From: Paramoeba atlantica
Lineage: Eukaryota > Protista > Discosea
Assembly: GCA_977017575.1 (NCBI GenBank)
Contig: CDRNVI010000012.1
Location: 806,001-870,000, forward strand
DNA: 64,000 nt
Direction of reading: 5' to 3'
Program-made: the position numbers and the translations under genes
Part shown: piece after piece, positions 32,552-43,283 of the stretch
Position numbering within the stretch: position 1 is the first letter of the stretch
Layout of the letters: every line of letters starts with the position of its first letter
Notes under the pieces: model-generated
The model's database searches: none
What the model saw: the letters and a program-made list of their open reading frames with translations, nothing else
What the model was told of the DNA's origin: nothing

Positions 32552-33411
32552 GAACTACGTGATTCTCGCCCCCCCCCCATTCACCAGCCTGAACCCGTCG
32601 GGTGTTGGTCGAGTCGGCAGGACCTATACTCACACCTAGCCCCCGTCGGCTAGGTACCCCAAGTGAGGTAGTGCCCGGGGAGGGGACCCTGCCCCTCCTC
32701 GTCGGCCACCACCTGGTTCTGTGACTGTTCCGCTGCCGGCGGAGGCCCATTGCTTGCGCCCTCTCGTACAACAAGAGCAGGGTTACCAAGGCAAGCTGGG
32801 AGAGGCCGAAAGACCCGGTCCAGAACACGTAAGGAAGGTTTTCCCTGGGCCGACTCCTAGCAAAAGCGCAGGGAGTCCTCAACCTCCCCAATGAGTTTGG
32901 AAGTCGAGTGAGGAAAGCGAAGGGAAGTAAAGGAAAGGAACGAAAAGGAAAAGCAAAGGGAGGTAAAGAAAGGGAGGTAAAGGAAGTGAAAGGAAAGAAA
33001 GAAGTCGTGAAAAAAAAAAAAAAAAAAAAAATAATTCGTATTCGCTCTATTACAGCAATCTCTTCTTCACTTGGTTCGCCTTCTTCTTCTTTAGTGTCGG
33101 TCTCAAAGGAAAATTCTTCCACGGCATCATCGGATTCAATATTTATGTTGTCGACATTTACTTCAGGTTCTTGAGGAGAGATGTCAGGATCCATATTAGA
33201 ACCATTTTTTTTGTCCAAACCATGTGCCTTGCAAATCTAATCCTCTCGAAAATAAATTTATATTTCTTTTTTCAAACATGAGAATTTATGATTGACCCAT
33301 CAAAAGAAGCTCTGTCAACGTTCAACACCCAATTCTGAGAATAGTGACCAATAAAGATCATTTTCCGTGTCAACGTTCAACACCCTATTCTCAGAATAGT
33401 GACTTTCACTG

Positions 33412-33477
33412 TAGTCCAGTTGGTAAAGGGGTTCTATTTTGACGCTGGACGGCCGCGGTTCGATTCCCGACACCGAC
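33412..33477 (+). pseudogene. Degenerate tRNA-like sequence lacking its 5' acceptor strand, abutting the TIR
   Basis: A-box-like tagtccagttggtaa and B box ggttcgattccc; the arms pair poorly. Confidence 0.35.
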
Positions 33478-33611
33478 ATTTTACTAATAAAAATGAAAAA
33501 AAAATTGCTCAAGTTCGCAAAAAAAAACAATTTCGGAACGATTTTTTTTTTATTTTTTTTCTCGAAAAAGTGGCCAGCTGGTCACCAAAAACACGGTTTG
33601 CTTTTTGTATA

Positions 33612-36408
33612 CCGTTACCCCCCCTTACTTCGCCTCCCCCCTTACTTTACCACATTTAGTCACTGGACGTGTGGTGAAGTAAGGGGGGTGTCAGATTTTT
33701 CTCCAGACAACTTACCACCTCTTTACACAGCCGGAGGGCTGCACTGCAACCGACTGTTGCATCGGGGTAAGGCGAGGCAGGGCCACGCCCAGTGGTCTTC
33801 AAAGGGGGGACATAGATGGCGCACAAAGATCGATGCACAAAGGTTCTTTGTGCAACTTTCTTGGTGAAGACGACGCCGTCATACCGGGATTTTAAACCAC
33901 AGTCCGGTTTAACGTTCCGGGGGGAATGTTAACGGCTACAGGAATGCTACGTAGCTGCAGGAATGATAATTTTTGAAGATTGTCTTGGGTTCGTCGACGC
34001 AACGGGTTGGTAGCAGCACGTTGTTGCTGCCTTGTACTAACGAAAACAGGTAGAGGACTTCGGCCTCGAAAGTTTCAAATCTATCTGTGAAGGGTCTGGC
34101 CTGCCAGTGACCAATCGGAGCAATCCGGAATGACTTAGATTCGTTGAACCATTTCTAATTCAGAACGGTTTTCTTCCACGTCAGTTTCATCATCGCTTTG
34201 ATCATAAAGTCGCTCCACAGCGTCTTGTAGTTCTAAAATTTAAATTGGCGTTTAATAAGTTATGTTCTGCGACATTTTTTATATTTTACGATGTAAGAAA
34301 TTTTCATGGGGGGAAAGTTAAAAACGTATGGGACATCGTAGACAAACTAAAAGAAGCATAAAATATAGAATGTGCAACACGAGGTATTACAACACTCAAG
34401 AAAAAGAAATTATGCTCAATGTCGATAGCATCATACCTTTTTTGGGTCCGTGGGTCCGGACCCAGGTCCCGGACCCCACGGACCTACTTCGGACCCACGG
34501 ACCCACGTAGGAAATATCCTTAGGGCCATAATAAAAAACTTTGTAAAAATACCGCCATATTTAAAATAAAAGCAATACAAGTATACCTGGGTCACGTAAT
34601 CAATGTAATAAGCGGGTGGTGGTAATAAGCGTAGGTTATTCATCGTTTCTAAGTTTCTTTTACTTAGAACTAGCATCGTAGATAGCGGTTGACGGCACGG
34701 ATGCAGTTACAGGCAACCTTTTTTCAGAAACGCAAAAGGGAGTTGGAAATAGGGATGGTGGACCTAAAATTGTTCTACCAGCATGCAAGGCCTTTCGTGA
34801 CAATGAGTCTTCTGTTCTACTGACAATAGATTCTCCTCCGTTCTTGTGGAGGCCCCCGTTGCACTTCTCGGCGATTGCTTGCACTCTGTCTGCTCTTCTA
34901 CCTGATTTCCTTCCCAAAACTCTCCCTTCACGCTTCAATCGCTTCTTTGCCATTGAGTTAGCAATAGAATAGCAAGAAATTCTATAGCAATAGGCAGGGG
35001 TGTGGAAATGGTGCTGTGGAGGTACAGCAGGAAGTTCGTACGATGCTTTCCGCGTGCTTTCCGCGCTTCGGGGCATGTACGTTCAGGATGTGGGCCTGCA
35101 GGCCTTTGAGGTGTTGATGTGTGGCTCCGCACTCGGCACACACGTGCCCGGAGGGCAGAGCGTTCCTCAATAGCTTTTTGAACCTCGAAGAGGCCCCAGA
35201 GTGAGTCCAAAGTTAGTGCCCTTCTCGTGAGTGCCTCCTGTTCCACGAGGGAGGTAACGGCGTGCTCTTGACTCAAACAGGCATCGGCTCGGACCTTCTG
35301 TCCCCCGGCGCAGACTCAGGAGGTCAGGGAGGAGCCTTTGGCGCACCTTTTCGAGGGTCCTAAATTGTTGAGACCTGGTGGGAAGTTTGTCAAGGTCCTC
35401 ATCGATTTCGGGTGTGTCGCGGTCGGTAGGAGTGATCCGCCTGGGTTGTTGCCCCCCCCCCCGCCGTCTTGCCTATAACGCCTATAAAGTAGCGGCGGGT
35501 AGTTCCGTGTTGGGGGAGGGGTGCGAAGGTAACGTGAGCAGACTTCTTCAGGATGGGTGAAGGATTGTGGTTCAGGAAGTTGTGGCAGTAGCGCATGTCA
35601 TGCCTCTCCGCAGAAAAAAGAGCACCGCAAAAATCGCATTCCCGTGAGAACGACTGTTTAGGGCGGACATCTAGGTCCGGGCGGGCTCCCTTCAGCTCTT
35701 CGATGAAGATGGTGTAGCTCCGAGACGCCGTCATTGGCGTGGGAGCTATTTGCTCCCCGCTACAGAGGGGAGGTAGATTGTCCTCTAGGGGCCGAGGTAG
35801 ATGGGGTTGTCCCATGACTGGAATCCTTGTGAAGCCGGCTGCCGCGTTTGAAGCGCGTCATTGGCGAGAGCCGGGGAGAGAGATAGAGAGTAGGAAAGGA
35901 AAAGAGGAAGAAACGTTTGCCCTTGTGTAAGATTGTAGGTGTACTGCATGTATCCAAAGTTGTTTTATCAAAAGATTTTTGATGTTAAGTACGTAATATT
36001 GTAACAATGCTACACGTTTGTAAGATGAAAAACAGGCGCGTTGCCCCCCTCTTAGCCCGGAAGGTATGCAACAACCAGAGCGAACTGTCTGTGAAGTAAA
36101 TATGACGTTCACTGTGTTAGTTTTCTAGTACCAGCGATTTAAATTGAAACTTGAGGCTGACCATCCAAGTGGGTCCGGGGGGTCCGGGACCTGGATCCGG
36201 ACCAGCACGGACCTGGGTCCGGACCCGACGGACCCGCAAATGTATGTAGCATAGTATACTTCAATAATTTGAGGACTTTCGAGAGAAATATAAATTGATC
36301 GAACTTTGAATCACTGATTCACCCCCCTTACTTCACCACCCCCCTTACTTCACCACAAAATACGGGTTTTGGACCAAAAAGTGGGGGCTAAGTAAGGGGG
36401 GGTAACGG
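33612..36408. mobile_element. TA-flanked TIR element (IS630/Tc1/mariner-type, no transposase recognised)
   Basis: Perfect 19-bp TIR ccgttacccccccttactt, TA on both sides, subterminal cccccttacttcaccac repeats at both ends. Confidence 0.85.
34440..36240. mobile_element. Nested element with imperfect GC-rich inverted ends (gggtccggaccc units) carrying decayed zinc-finger ORF pieces on the - strand
   Basis: About 55-bp inverted ends; CAECGATHQHLKGLQAHILNVH C2H2 finger near 35080-35145; CDFC motif near 35630. Confidence 0.6.
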
Positions 36409-36439
36409 TATGTATAGAGAGAACAATTATGAGCAGGTG

Positions 36440-36865
36440 CGAGTGGTACAGTGTGTAGCTACAGTGGCACGTGCGAGAGTAAGTGTACTGCCACGCGAGG
36501 CAGTGAATGCAGTGATGTAGTGTAGAAGAAGAAGAAGGAGAAAAAGATGTAGTGTAGCTGCAGTGGCACGTGAGAGAGTAAGAGTACTGCCACGTGATGC
36601 CGTGACTGCGGCGTAAGTACAGTGGTACGTGAGAGAGTAAGAGAAGTACCACTTCAGGAAGTGGCTGCAGCGCAGCTGCAGTGACACGTGAGAGATTAAG
36701 TGTACTGCCACGTGAGGCAGTGACTGCTGTGTAAGTACAGTCACACGTGAGAGAGTAAGAGCAATGTCACGTGAACCAGGGACTGCAGTGTAGATACAGT
36801 GGCACGTGAGAGAGTGATGGCAGTGGCACGTGAGAGAGTCAGTGGCTGCAGTGTAGCTGCAGTGC
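36440..36865 (+). repeat. About 59-bp satellite, about 7 units, typically two CACGTG per unit
   Basis: cagtggcacg-type anchors at 36561, 36620, 36679, 36738 and 36797. Confidence 0.9.
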
Positions 36866-36946
36866 TACGAGGAAAAGCCTGTCACGAGGTAAAGTCTCCC
36901 CCGCGTCAGCGGGTCTGCACCGCCTCGAAGGGCCCGCCGTATAACC

Positions 36947-37144
36947 CAGATTGAAAGGGGCGAGGGAGATACGAAACAACAGGCGTGGCAGATTCCCAAT
37001 GAAAAGAAATGGTATATCCCCGCACGAGAAAAGCCTTTGCGCTTGCTAGATCGGAGACAAATTTGGTGCGGGGAGATACCATTTCTTTTCAGCGGGAATC
37101 TGTCACGCCTGTTGCTTCGTATCTCCCTTGCCCCTTTCAATCTG
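36947..37144. mobile_element. About 200-bp fold-back MITE with about 78-bp inverted arms
   Basis: The arms are near-perfect reverse complements; a related copy is at 49156-49362. Confidence 0.8.
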
Positions 37145-38100
37145 TTTAAAAAAATCAGCTATCACGGCGCTAGGAAAGCCGAGGCGTATTTATTACGCCC
37201 GAGACAATGGTGAGTTGCTGTTCCCCTGGTCAGTATGTTGGTCAGCGCATAGCAACACACTCAGTTTCCGTTAGCTCTTTTCTCTCCCGGAAACGGGCAT
37301 ATTTTTACTATGTTAATGCCCGTTTCCGGATGGCGCTAGGAGAGGAACTGTCCCTCTTGTCGTAAAGTAGGGGTGCGCCTCCCTTCCTTCACCTCCCACC
37401 ACCCCGCTCGGAACCCGGTTCCGAGTCCCCATGCGCTGCAGGACCCTTCTACTGGACGACGCGGCGTGCCTTCGGTACATAGCGCGCGACACCGGTACAT
37501 AGCGCAGGAGGCTTCCAAACGCTGGAAGTCTCCGACACGGCGAGCAAACACGTTGTATGCGTGTTCTAGAGGATGTTCTATGCACCTCTCTTGCTCACCA
37601 GCCGTGGCGGATTCTGTGGGACCCCGATGCCCACGATGCATCATGAATCATGACTCCATTTGCCAGCATTGATCCATGGCCCTGATCACGTTGTATCATG
37701 AAGCATGGAAGTCATTTGTAGCATGTACGATGGGAATACCATCCGCGTCCCACAAATCCGTATAGCTTTCCTGGCGCACTGCGCTTACAAAACATATCGG
37801 GACATCTTATCCCGATGAGGCCGTCTCTCTTCGCTTTCCTGGGGAGGATATCCCGTGCTTTTCCCTGTGTCGCTGCAGAAGGCAAAAAGGACCAGCAGGA
37901 AGCGTTGATTGCGCCTACCCCTGCTGGGCCTAAACATCTCTGCAGGTCTTGCCCTGCATGAAAAAACAAAAAAATTGACCGGGAATGCAGTTTATTTGGA
38001 AAAACCACTTTTTGATACTTTATTCGGAGTTCTGTAATTTATTGACCTCCGCTCTCCGTGTAAGACATGTTTAAAAATATCCCAGTTTCTGACTTGAGTA

Positions 38101-39039
38101 ATGTATTCTTACCATGCAGACGATCGATCGGTGTTATCTCGAGTTTTGACCCCTTACTGGTATTGGGTTGCGCGAAGGACCCCAACATACATTTCACCTA
38201 ACGTCATTACGTGTTTCGGAGTTTCAATTATCATCGTATCTTCTACAACGATTTTCTGTGGTAGTGCACACTCAGAGAGCATTATTCCATGGGCTTTCCA
38301 CTCGCTTTCTCTTTTTTTGTATCAAACCACGGATGCCGTGGATGGGATACATGCCCGCAGACTAAATGCGAGCTCCGCATTGGGTGAATTTTTGGATCAC
38401 TCCAGCGATGGCGTAGCAGGAATTATTACCGTGTTGACTACCTTGCTAACTCTGCATGTCCCTCCGCACAGTCGTCTTCTGGGATGTTGGCTATATGCGT
38501 GGGCATACGCACTGGTCCATTTGCGACACTATATCACAGGCATCTTAACACACTATATGGTCGATGGGGCCTCAGAAGGGGTTATGATTTGTGTACTGAT
38601 CCACCTCCTCACCGCTGCACAAGGAGGTCGCGCTCTCTGGTTAGTGAAAATAGGGGGGCTAACCCTTGGAGAAGTCGTTTTTCACGTATATGTTCTTTGT
38701 TCTTTGGTTCACATCTTGTATTCTTCTATTTTGCTGTACAGACTGCCTTCGCGATGCTTTGCTGGAAAACTTCTTGCACCACTGTGTGGGACACTATTCC
38801 ACATCATCTTGTTTGCATATGTTTTTCCAACATTGCCCACGAAATACCCCTCCTTCATAGGACTGTTCTCCTCGCTTTCAATTATTATTCCTGCAGCGCA
38901 GTTTATTGGCCTCCGCACTGTCCCACATGTGAGAAGTACAGGTGAGATTATACCGATCTTTCTCCTATGCATAACATCGTTCTTCGGTTGTTGGGTAAGC
39001 ACAATGTTTAGCACGCCTTATCAACGTGTAATAGGTTGA
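38101..39039 (+). CDS. CDP-alcohol phosphatidyltransferase, choline/ethanolamine phosphotransferase family; termini possibly frameshifted
   Basis: SPNVIT, LYQTTDAVDGIHARRLNASSALGEFLDHSSD signature; multiple hydrophobic segments. Confidence 0.85.
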   Translation: MYSYHADDRSVLSRVLTPYWYWVARRTPTYISPNVITCFGVSIIIVSSTTIFCGSAHSESIIPWAFHSLSLFLYQTTDAVDGIHARRLNASSALGEFLDHSSDGVAGIITVLTTLLTLHVPPHSRLLGCWLYAWAYALVHLRHYITGILTHYMVDGASEGVMICVLIHLLTAAQGGRALWLVKIGGLTLGEVVFHVYVLCSLVHILYSSILLYRLPSRCFAGKLLAPLCGTLFHIILFAYVFPTLPTKYPSFIGLFSSLSIIIPAAQFIGLRTVPHVRSTGEIIPIFLLCITSFFGCWVSTMFSTPYQRVIG

Positions 39040-39226
39040 ATACTTTATTGAGTTGGACCACCGCCAATGCCGCAGTACTATTAGCACCTATTATACCTAA
39101 CCTTATAGGTTTCGACAATTGGAGATGTTTGACAAAATATCTGAAATTGCTTCTATGAGAATTTCTCACTCTTGACAGTTAATGCATACATTTATAATGC
39201 ATACATGTATGTGAGGGACTGTGGGT

Positions 39227-39349
39227 GAAACCTCGCGAAACCTCGATGAAACCTGGATAAAACCTCGGCGAAACCTGGATGAAACCTTGGTGAAAGCCTT
39301 GATGAAACCTCGTGAAACCCGGTGAAACCTCGCCACCCGCAGCCCCTCA
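39227..39349 (+). repeat. 10-12-bp periodic array (gaaacct core) ending in cacccgcagcccctca
   Basis: Read directly; the same 16-mer occurs at 41684 and inverted at 41866. Confidence 0.8.
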
Positions 39350-39590
39350 TGTGTCGTTGTGACTCAAACGCGTCACACGTTTATTTAGGATCTAGTGCTC
39401 TGAGAGCAAAAGTACGTAAAAGTACCCCCACTTTTACCGAAAAATGGACTATTTTTGGTTTAAATCCTTCCAGTTTCTTCCGCTTTCGAAGCCAATTTTT
39501 CTTTTTTAGTCTCTTTATTTTTCAACGCGAAGCGCGTAGCACATAGAGCTGCGGGATTGCGGTGGTTATATAGGAGTCTGTGCAAATATC

Positions 39591-39680
39591 ACGTGAAATC
39601 TTGTGAAAATTCGTGAAGTTTTGTGAAGATTCGTGAAAATTCGTGAAGTTTTGTGAAGATTCGTGAAAATTCGTGAAAAC
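39591..39680 (+). repeat. 10-bp periodic array (tcgtgaaaat / ttgtgaagat)
   Basis: Read directly from the sequence. Confidence 0.85.
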
Positions 39681-41532
39681 TAAAAATATCCCATTGAGCC
39701 ACAGATTAAACTGTCCCGTAATACAGCCCCGAACTGTAGTCTAAACTACAGGGCAGGCGCGATGTTTCTGGGGGAGTCTAAAATTCGTAATATTTATCCA
39801 ATTTTGGAAAGTAATAGCGCATTCGAGAGTTCTCGGAAGGTCTGATGCTTCCGCGCAATGCTTTTCCCGTTCGTTTATAAAATATTTTTTTTGACAAAAA
39901 AAATAGGAAAGCGATAGTGCTCAAACATGCAATTTTACTCAAAAAGTTCGATTTTACGCGTTTTTTCTCCCTTATTGAACTCAAAAAGTTCCTTTTATGC
40001 CCCGAAAAGGAAATTGATTTGTGCAATCGAGGGGGTGGGCCCTAGGACGCATCAAGGCATCTCATCGGATGCTGCTTGTATACCATTACAAGGAAAATGA
40101 TTCCTTTTCTGCGACTGGGCGTCGTTTTGGTGTAATAATTTTTCGTTTTGGCCAAATTATCCCACAGACCCTTGAATATCTTACGAACGATGCTAAGACT
40201 ACGTATGAACGCACTACATTAAGTATGCCAAAGCGGATGTTTATTGTCCGAGAGAAGAAAGGGGGTTACACCGGTTACTACCGTCCCCCCCTATTTACTA
40301 TTTAGTACCTTGTCCCCCCTATTTAGTGTTTAATTTCAAAGCTTTGAATTGCCGCCGCGAAACGGCGTCGATTTTTTTTGTACAACCCCGTTTACGAAAA
40401 ATGGGACCAACCTTGAATATAATATATATTCAAATAAAGGGTCTTAAAGGGGAAATAAAGGGTCTTAACTCCGATGTATCGTGCGGAGATGATGACGATA
40501 CCAGCCTTGATTCTTTGTCCCCTGAAAAGGAAGCACCCGTTCCACAATTAATTTCAGATCCAAGTGACGAACAATTGAAGTCCTTGGAGAAAAAAATCAA
40601 TGTCAAGGATGCAATTTATCAAGAGGCTGCGTAACAAACCCTGCAAGACTAAACGAAAGGTTAGAACTCTTGAAAAGCGTGGAACTAAGAGTGTGGGGGA
40701 TTTCATAGGGGCCGAAACGCGGAGAACAGAAATAGAACTCAAAGTACAATTTTTAAAGTAGGACAATGCAAACGCTCGCGCGGAGTGTCAGAATTAAAAA
40801 CGTTTCACTAAATTAATAAACGAGAGGCAAAAAACAATTTTTTCCATCGTTACATATCGTAGGCCTTGTTTTTCCCCTTCGTTAGCGTAATTTATCTAAT
40901 TTTGTTTACATATGGTTTCTGCTCTGAGCATTAGTTTACGAGAAATATATGAGACAATACGGTATGCTTCTTACGTCATTATGGATAGTTTATTTTATTA
41001 TACGAATGTACGAATGTTTTATCGTTACGATTCCTACCTCCAACCATTCAAAATATTCAACAAATTGGCACACCTTGTGCAAATATTTTTCTTTCTGCAC
41101 AATACATCGTCGTACCCTCTTTATCACTATACCACTTTCCTAACTTCCGCTTTAGATTTCTACGAACTTTAAATTAAATTTCAGATGAGTGCTATGTAGA
41201 TCGACATAATTTTAGAGAAAATATCCTCTTGCATCCAACCGGGTCCCAAATGGCTTCCAATGCTCTTGAGGGCCTTTAAAGTACCTGAGTTCTCCTCCTT
41301 GGTTGATGACTAAAAAATGACGGTTGAGGGAAGTGTAAGTTTCTTGGATGGAAGTATAAGGGGAGTCCTGATTCATTGTCTGGAATGAAAATGTAGGTAT
41401 AAAGGGAGGGATCACCCTCTGAAATATAAAAGGGGGTGACAGTACTATCCAAATTCTTCCGATATGGCAATGATATTTTTCTAGCTCCCGTATTTTGTGC
41501 TGCGGGTAACACCGAGTACCATGCGTACGGTA

Positions 41533-41600
41533 CGCGAGTACGGTACTCAAGTACTCAAGACCCTAGGTACTCATTTGAGTACTTGAGTACCGTACTCGCG
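41533..41600. repeat. Perfect 26-bp inverted repeat with a 16-nt spacer
   Basis: cgcgagtacggtactcaagtactcaa and its exact reverse complement at 41575-41600. Confidence 0.9.
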
Positions 41601-42316
41601 AATGTATGTCTAGAGAGATCTCGCGTGATCTCGCATGATCTCACGTGATGTCGCATGATCTCGCGTAATCTCATATTGGGCCTCACCCGCAGCCCCTCAA
41701 GTGTATCCCGAGATCGCAGCAAAACGAAACAAAAACCAAAACAAACCAGTATGTTCAAGCAGAGATTCAAACCAACAAATAATGGTGACTGATGATGATG
41801 CATTGGGCCTTTTGACTCCGAAAAGTTATGGCCCCTCAACTCCCCAAACGGGTAGTCCGAATGCGTGAGGGGCTGCGGGTGGGGATTCGGTGCGGTCTCG
41901 GCGCGGCGTACGCACTTATCTCAGTGCAAGAACAGAAAGTGTGGAATGGGTGGGGGGTGGGGGCAGGGGCGTAGAAGGCGAAGGCGAGGCTACATGAATC
42001 CGGACATTGTTGGAGAGGAAATCTCAATGAAATTTACGGTTATTAACAAATCTGCACGGTTAGTACAAATCTACTAAAAGGAATATACGCGTGATTTTAC
42101 CAAAGAAAGGGGTAACCCTGATACACTCATTTATAAACCCCGCGTCACCAACAAGTGACCCCCCCTTATTTTTAGCACAGGGGGTCGTGGGGCGGTTATC
42201 ATACCACGTTGTCGTTCAAAATTTTGAGATCTGTACGTTCCCGCTGTTTTTAGCTCATTTTAAAACTTTAAAATTCAGTAAAAAAAAATTTAAATTTTTC
42301 AACGTTTTTTTCAAAA

Positions 42317-43283
42317 ATGCCAAAATCGCCATATCGACTCCCAAGAGGGGGGCTGATTCTAGTGGAAAGGTTCTTTTAAAGATGAGGCACGGACAAGGAG
42401 TACCAATAAAAGAGCTAGCCCGTGATTTCAACGTTTCTAGAAGGATAGTTAAAAAATATTTGAACGAAAAAAAAACTACCCCAGTATACACTTTGAGTCC
42501 TGAGCGAAAAAAAATAATGAACTCGTAAAACGAAAATTGAGAAGATAATAACCCCTCTTGACCCCGCTGGAGTACCGAGACTCAATTCATCAAGGCGCAT
42601 AGCAGCCCAATTGAAGAAAAAGAATATACAAGTTTCAAAAAGAACTGTACAGAGAGACTTATCATCCCTGGATTACAGTTATGCCGCTCGACCGCTATGC
42701 CAAGGGCTTACCGAACGACAAAAAGTAAAAAGAGTTCAATTTGCGTTGAATTACAATATGGATACTTCCCGTGTCATCTTTACAGACGAAAAAATATTTG
42801 ATACGAATGATGGCAGAAGAAAAATGTGGGTAAGGCGCGGTCAAAAAGCAGCCCCGCGTCAAAAAGTACGTTGGGCACCAAGATGCCAAGTTTGGGGTGC
42901 TGTAGGGGTGGGGTGGAGGTACTTGGTAATTCTACAAAATGACACATCTATTACAAGTGAGACGTACATAGAAACATTAAAAGAGGTAGATTTCCCCCCT
43001 AATCGTATTTTTCAGCAAGATAGGGCAACGGCACACACTGCTCGTGCCTCAAAGGAGTACATTGAAAGCGCAATGAGTGAACTTCTGAAAAATTGGCCCC
43101 CCAACTCACCAGATCTTTCCCCAATAGAAAACGTCTGGTCTATGGTCCAAGGGGCGGTGGACGAACAGACCCCATCGGATAAGCCTTCACTCATCCGATG
43201 TGTACGCAAAGCGTGGTCTCGCTTGTCTCAAAATGTGATCGACAAAACGGTCTTAAGCTTTGACTCACGCCTTAAGGAGTGTA
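42317..43283 (+). pseudogene. Tc1-like DD35E transposase, frameshifted (near 42350 and 42520) and cut at its 3' end by the nested element
   Basis: HTH-like IKELARDFNVSRRIV and VSKRTVQRDL; FTDEK, WGAV, FQQDRATAH and WPPNSPDLSPIENVW motifs. Confidence 0.9.

Larger units (their letters stand above)
28452..33031 (+). mobile_element. CRE-clade non-LTR retrotransposon C: SL-like exon, 42-nt UTR, LsmAD ORF, zinc-finger-RT-RLE ORF, about 460-nt 3' UTR, poly(A)
   Basis: Contiguous architecture; A22 at 33010-33031. Confidence 0.8.
23696..33411. mobile_element. TA-flanked TIR element (Tc1/mariner/pogo-like, non-autonomous) hosting CRE elements B and C
   Basis: 23-bp TIRs cagtRaaagtcactattctgaga at 23696-23718 and 33389-33411 with one mismatch; TA on both sides; shared subterminal tgtcaacgttcaa repeats. 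Confidence 0.75.

Noticed and set aside
32460-33218. 252-aa minus-strand ORF
   Set aside because: It reads through the poly(A) and 3' UTR of element C. Only the first roughly 60 acidic codons (33032-33218) could be a real interrupted fragment, and they are unassignable.
35399-35815. Possible Fanzor/TnpB cargo in the TIR element
   Set aside because: Only an isolated CxxC is present; no RuvC motifs are recognisable.
36440-36865. CRISPR-like array interpretation of the 59-bp, 108-bp and 147-bp repeats
   Set aside because: These are head-to-tail satellites with no unique spacers, and there are no cas genes.
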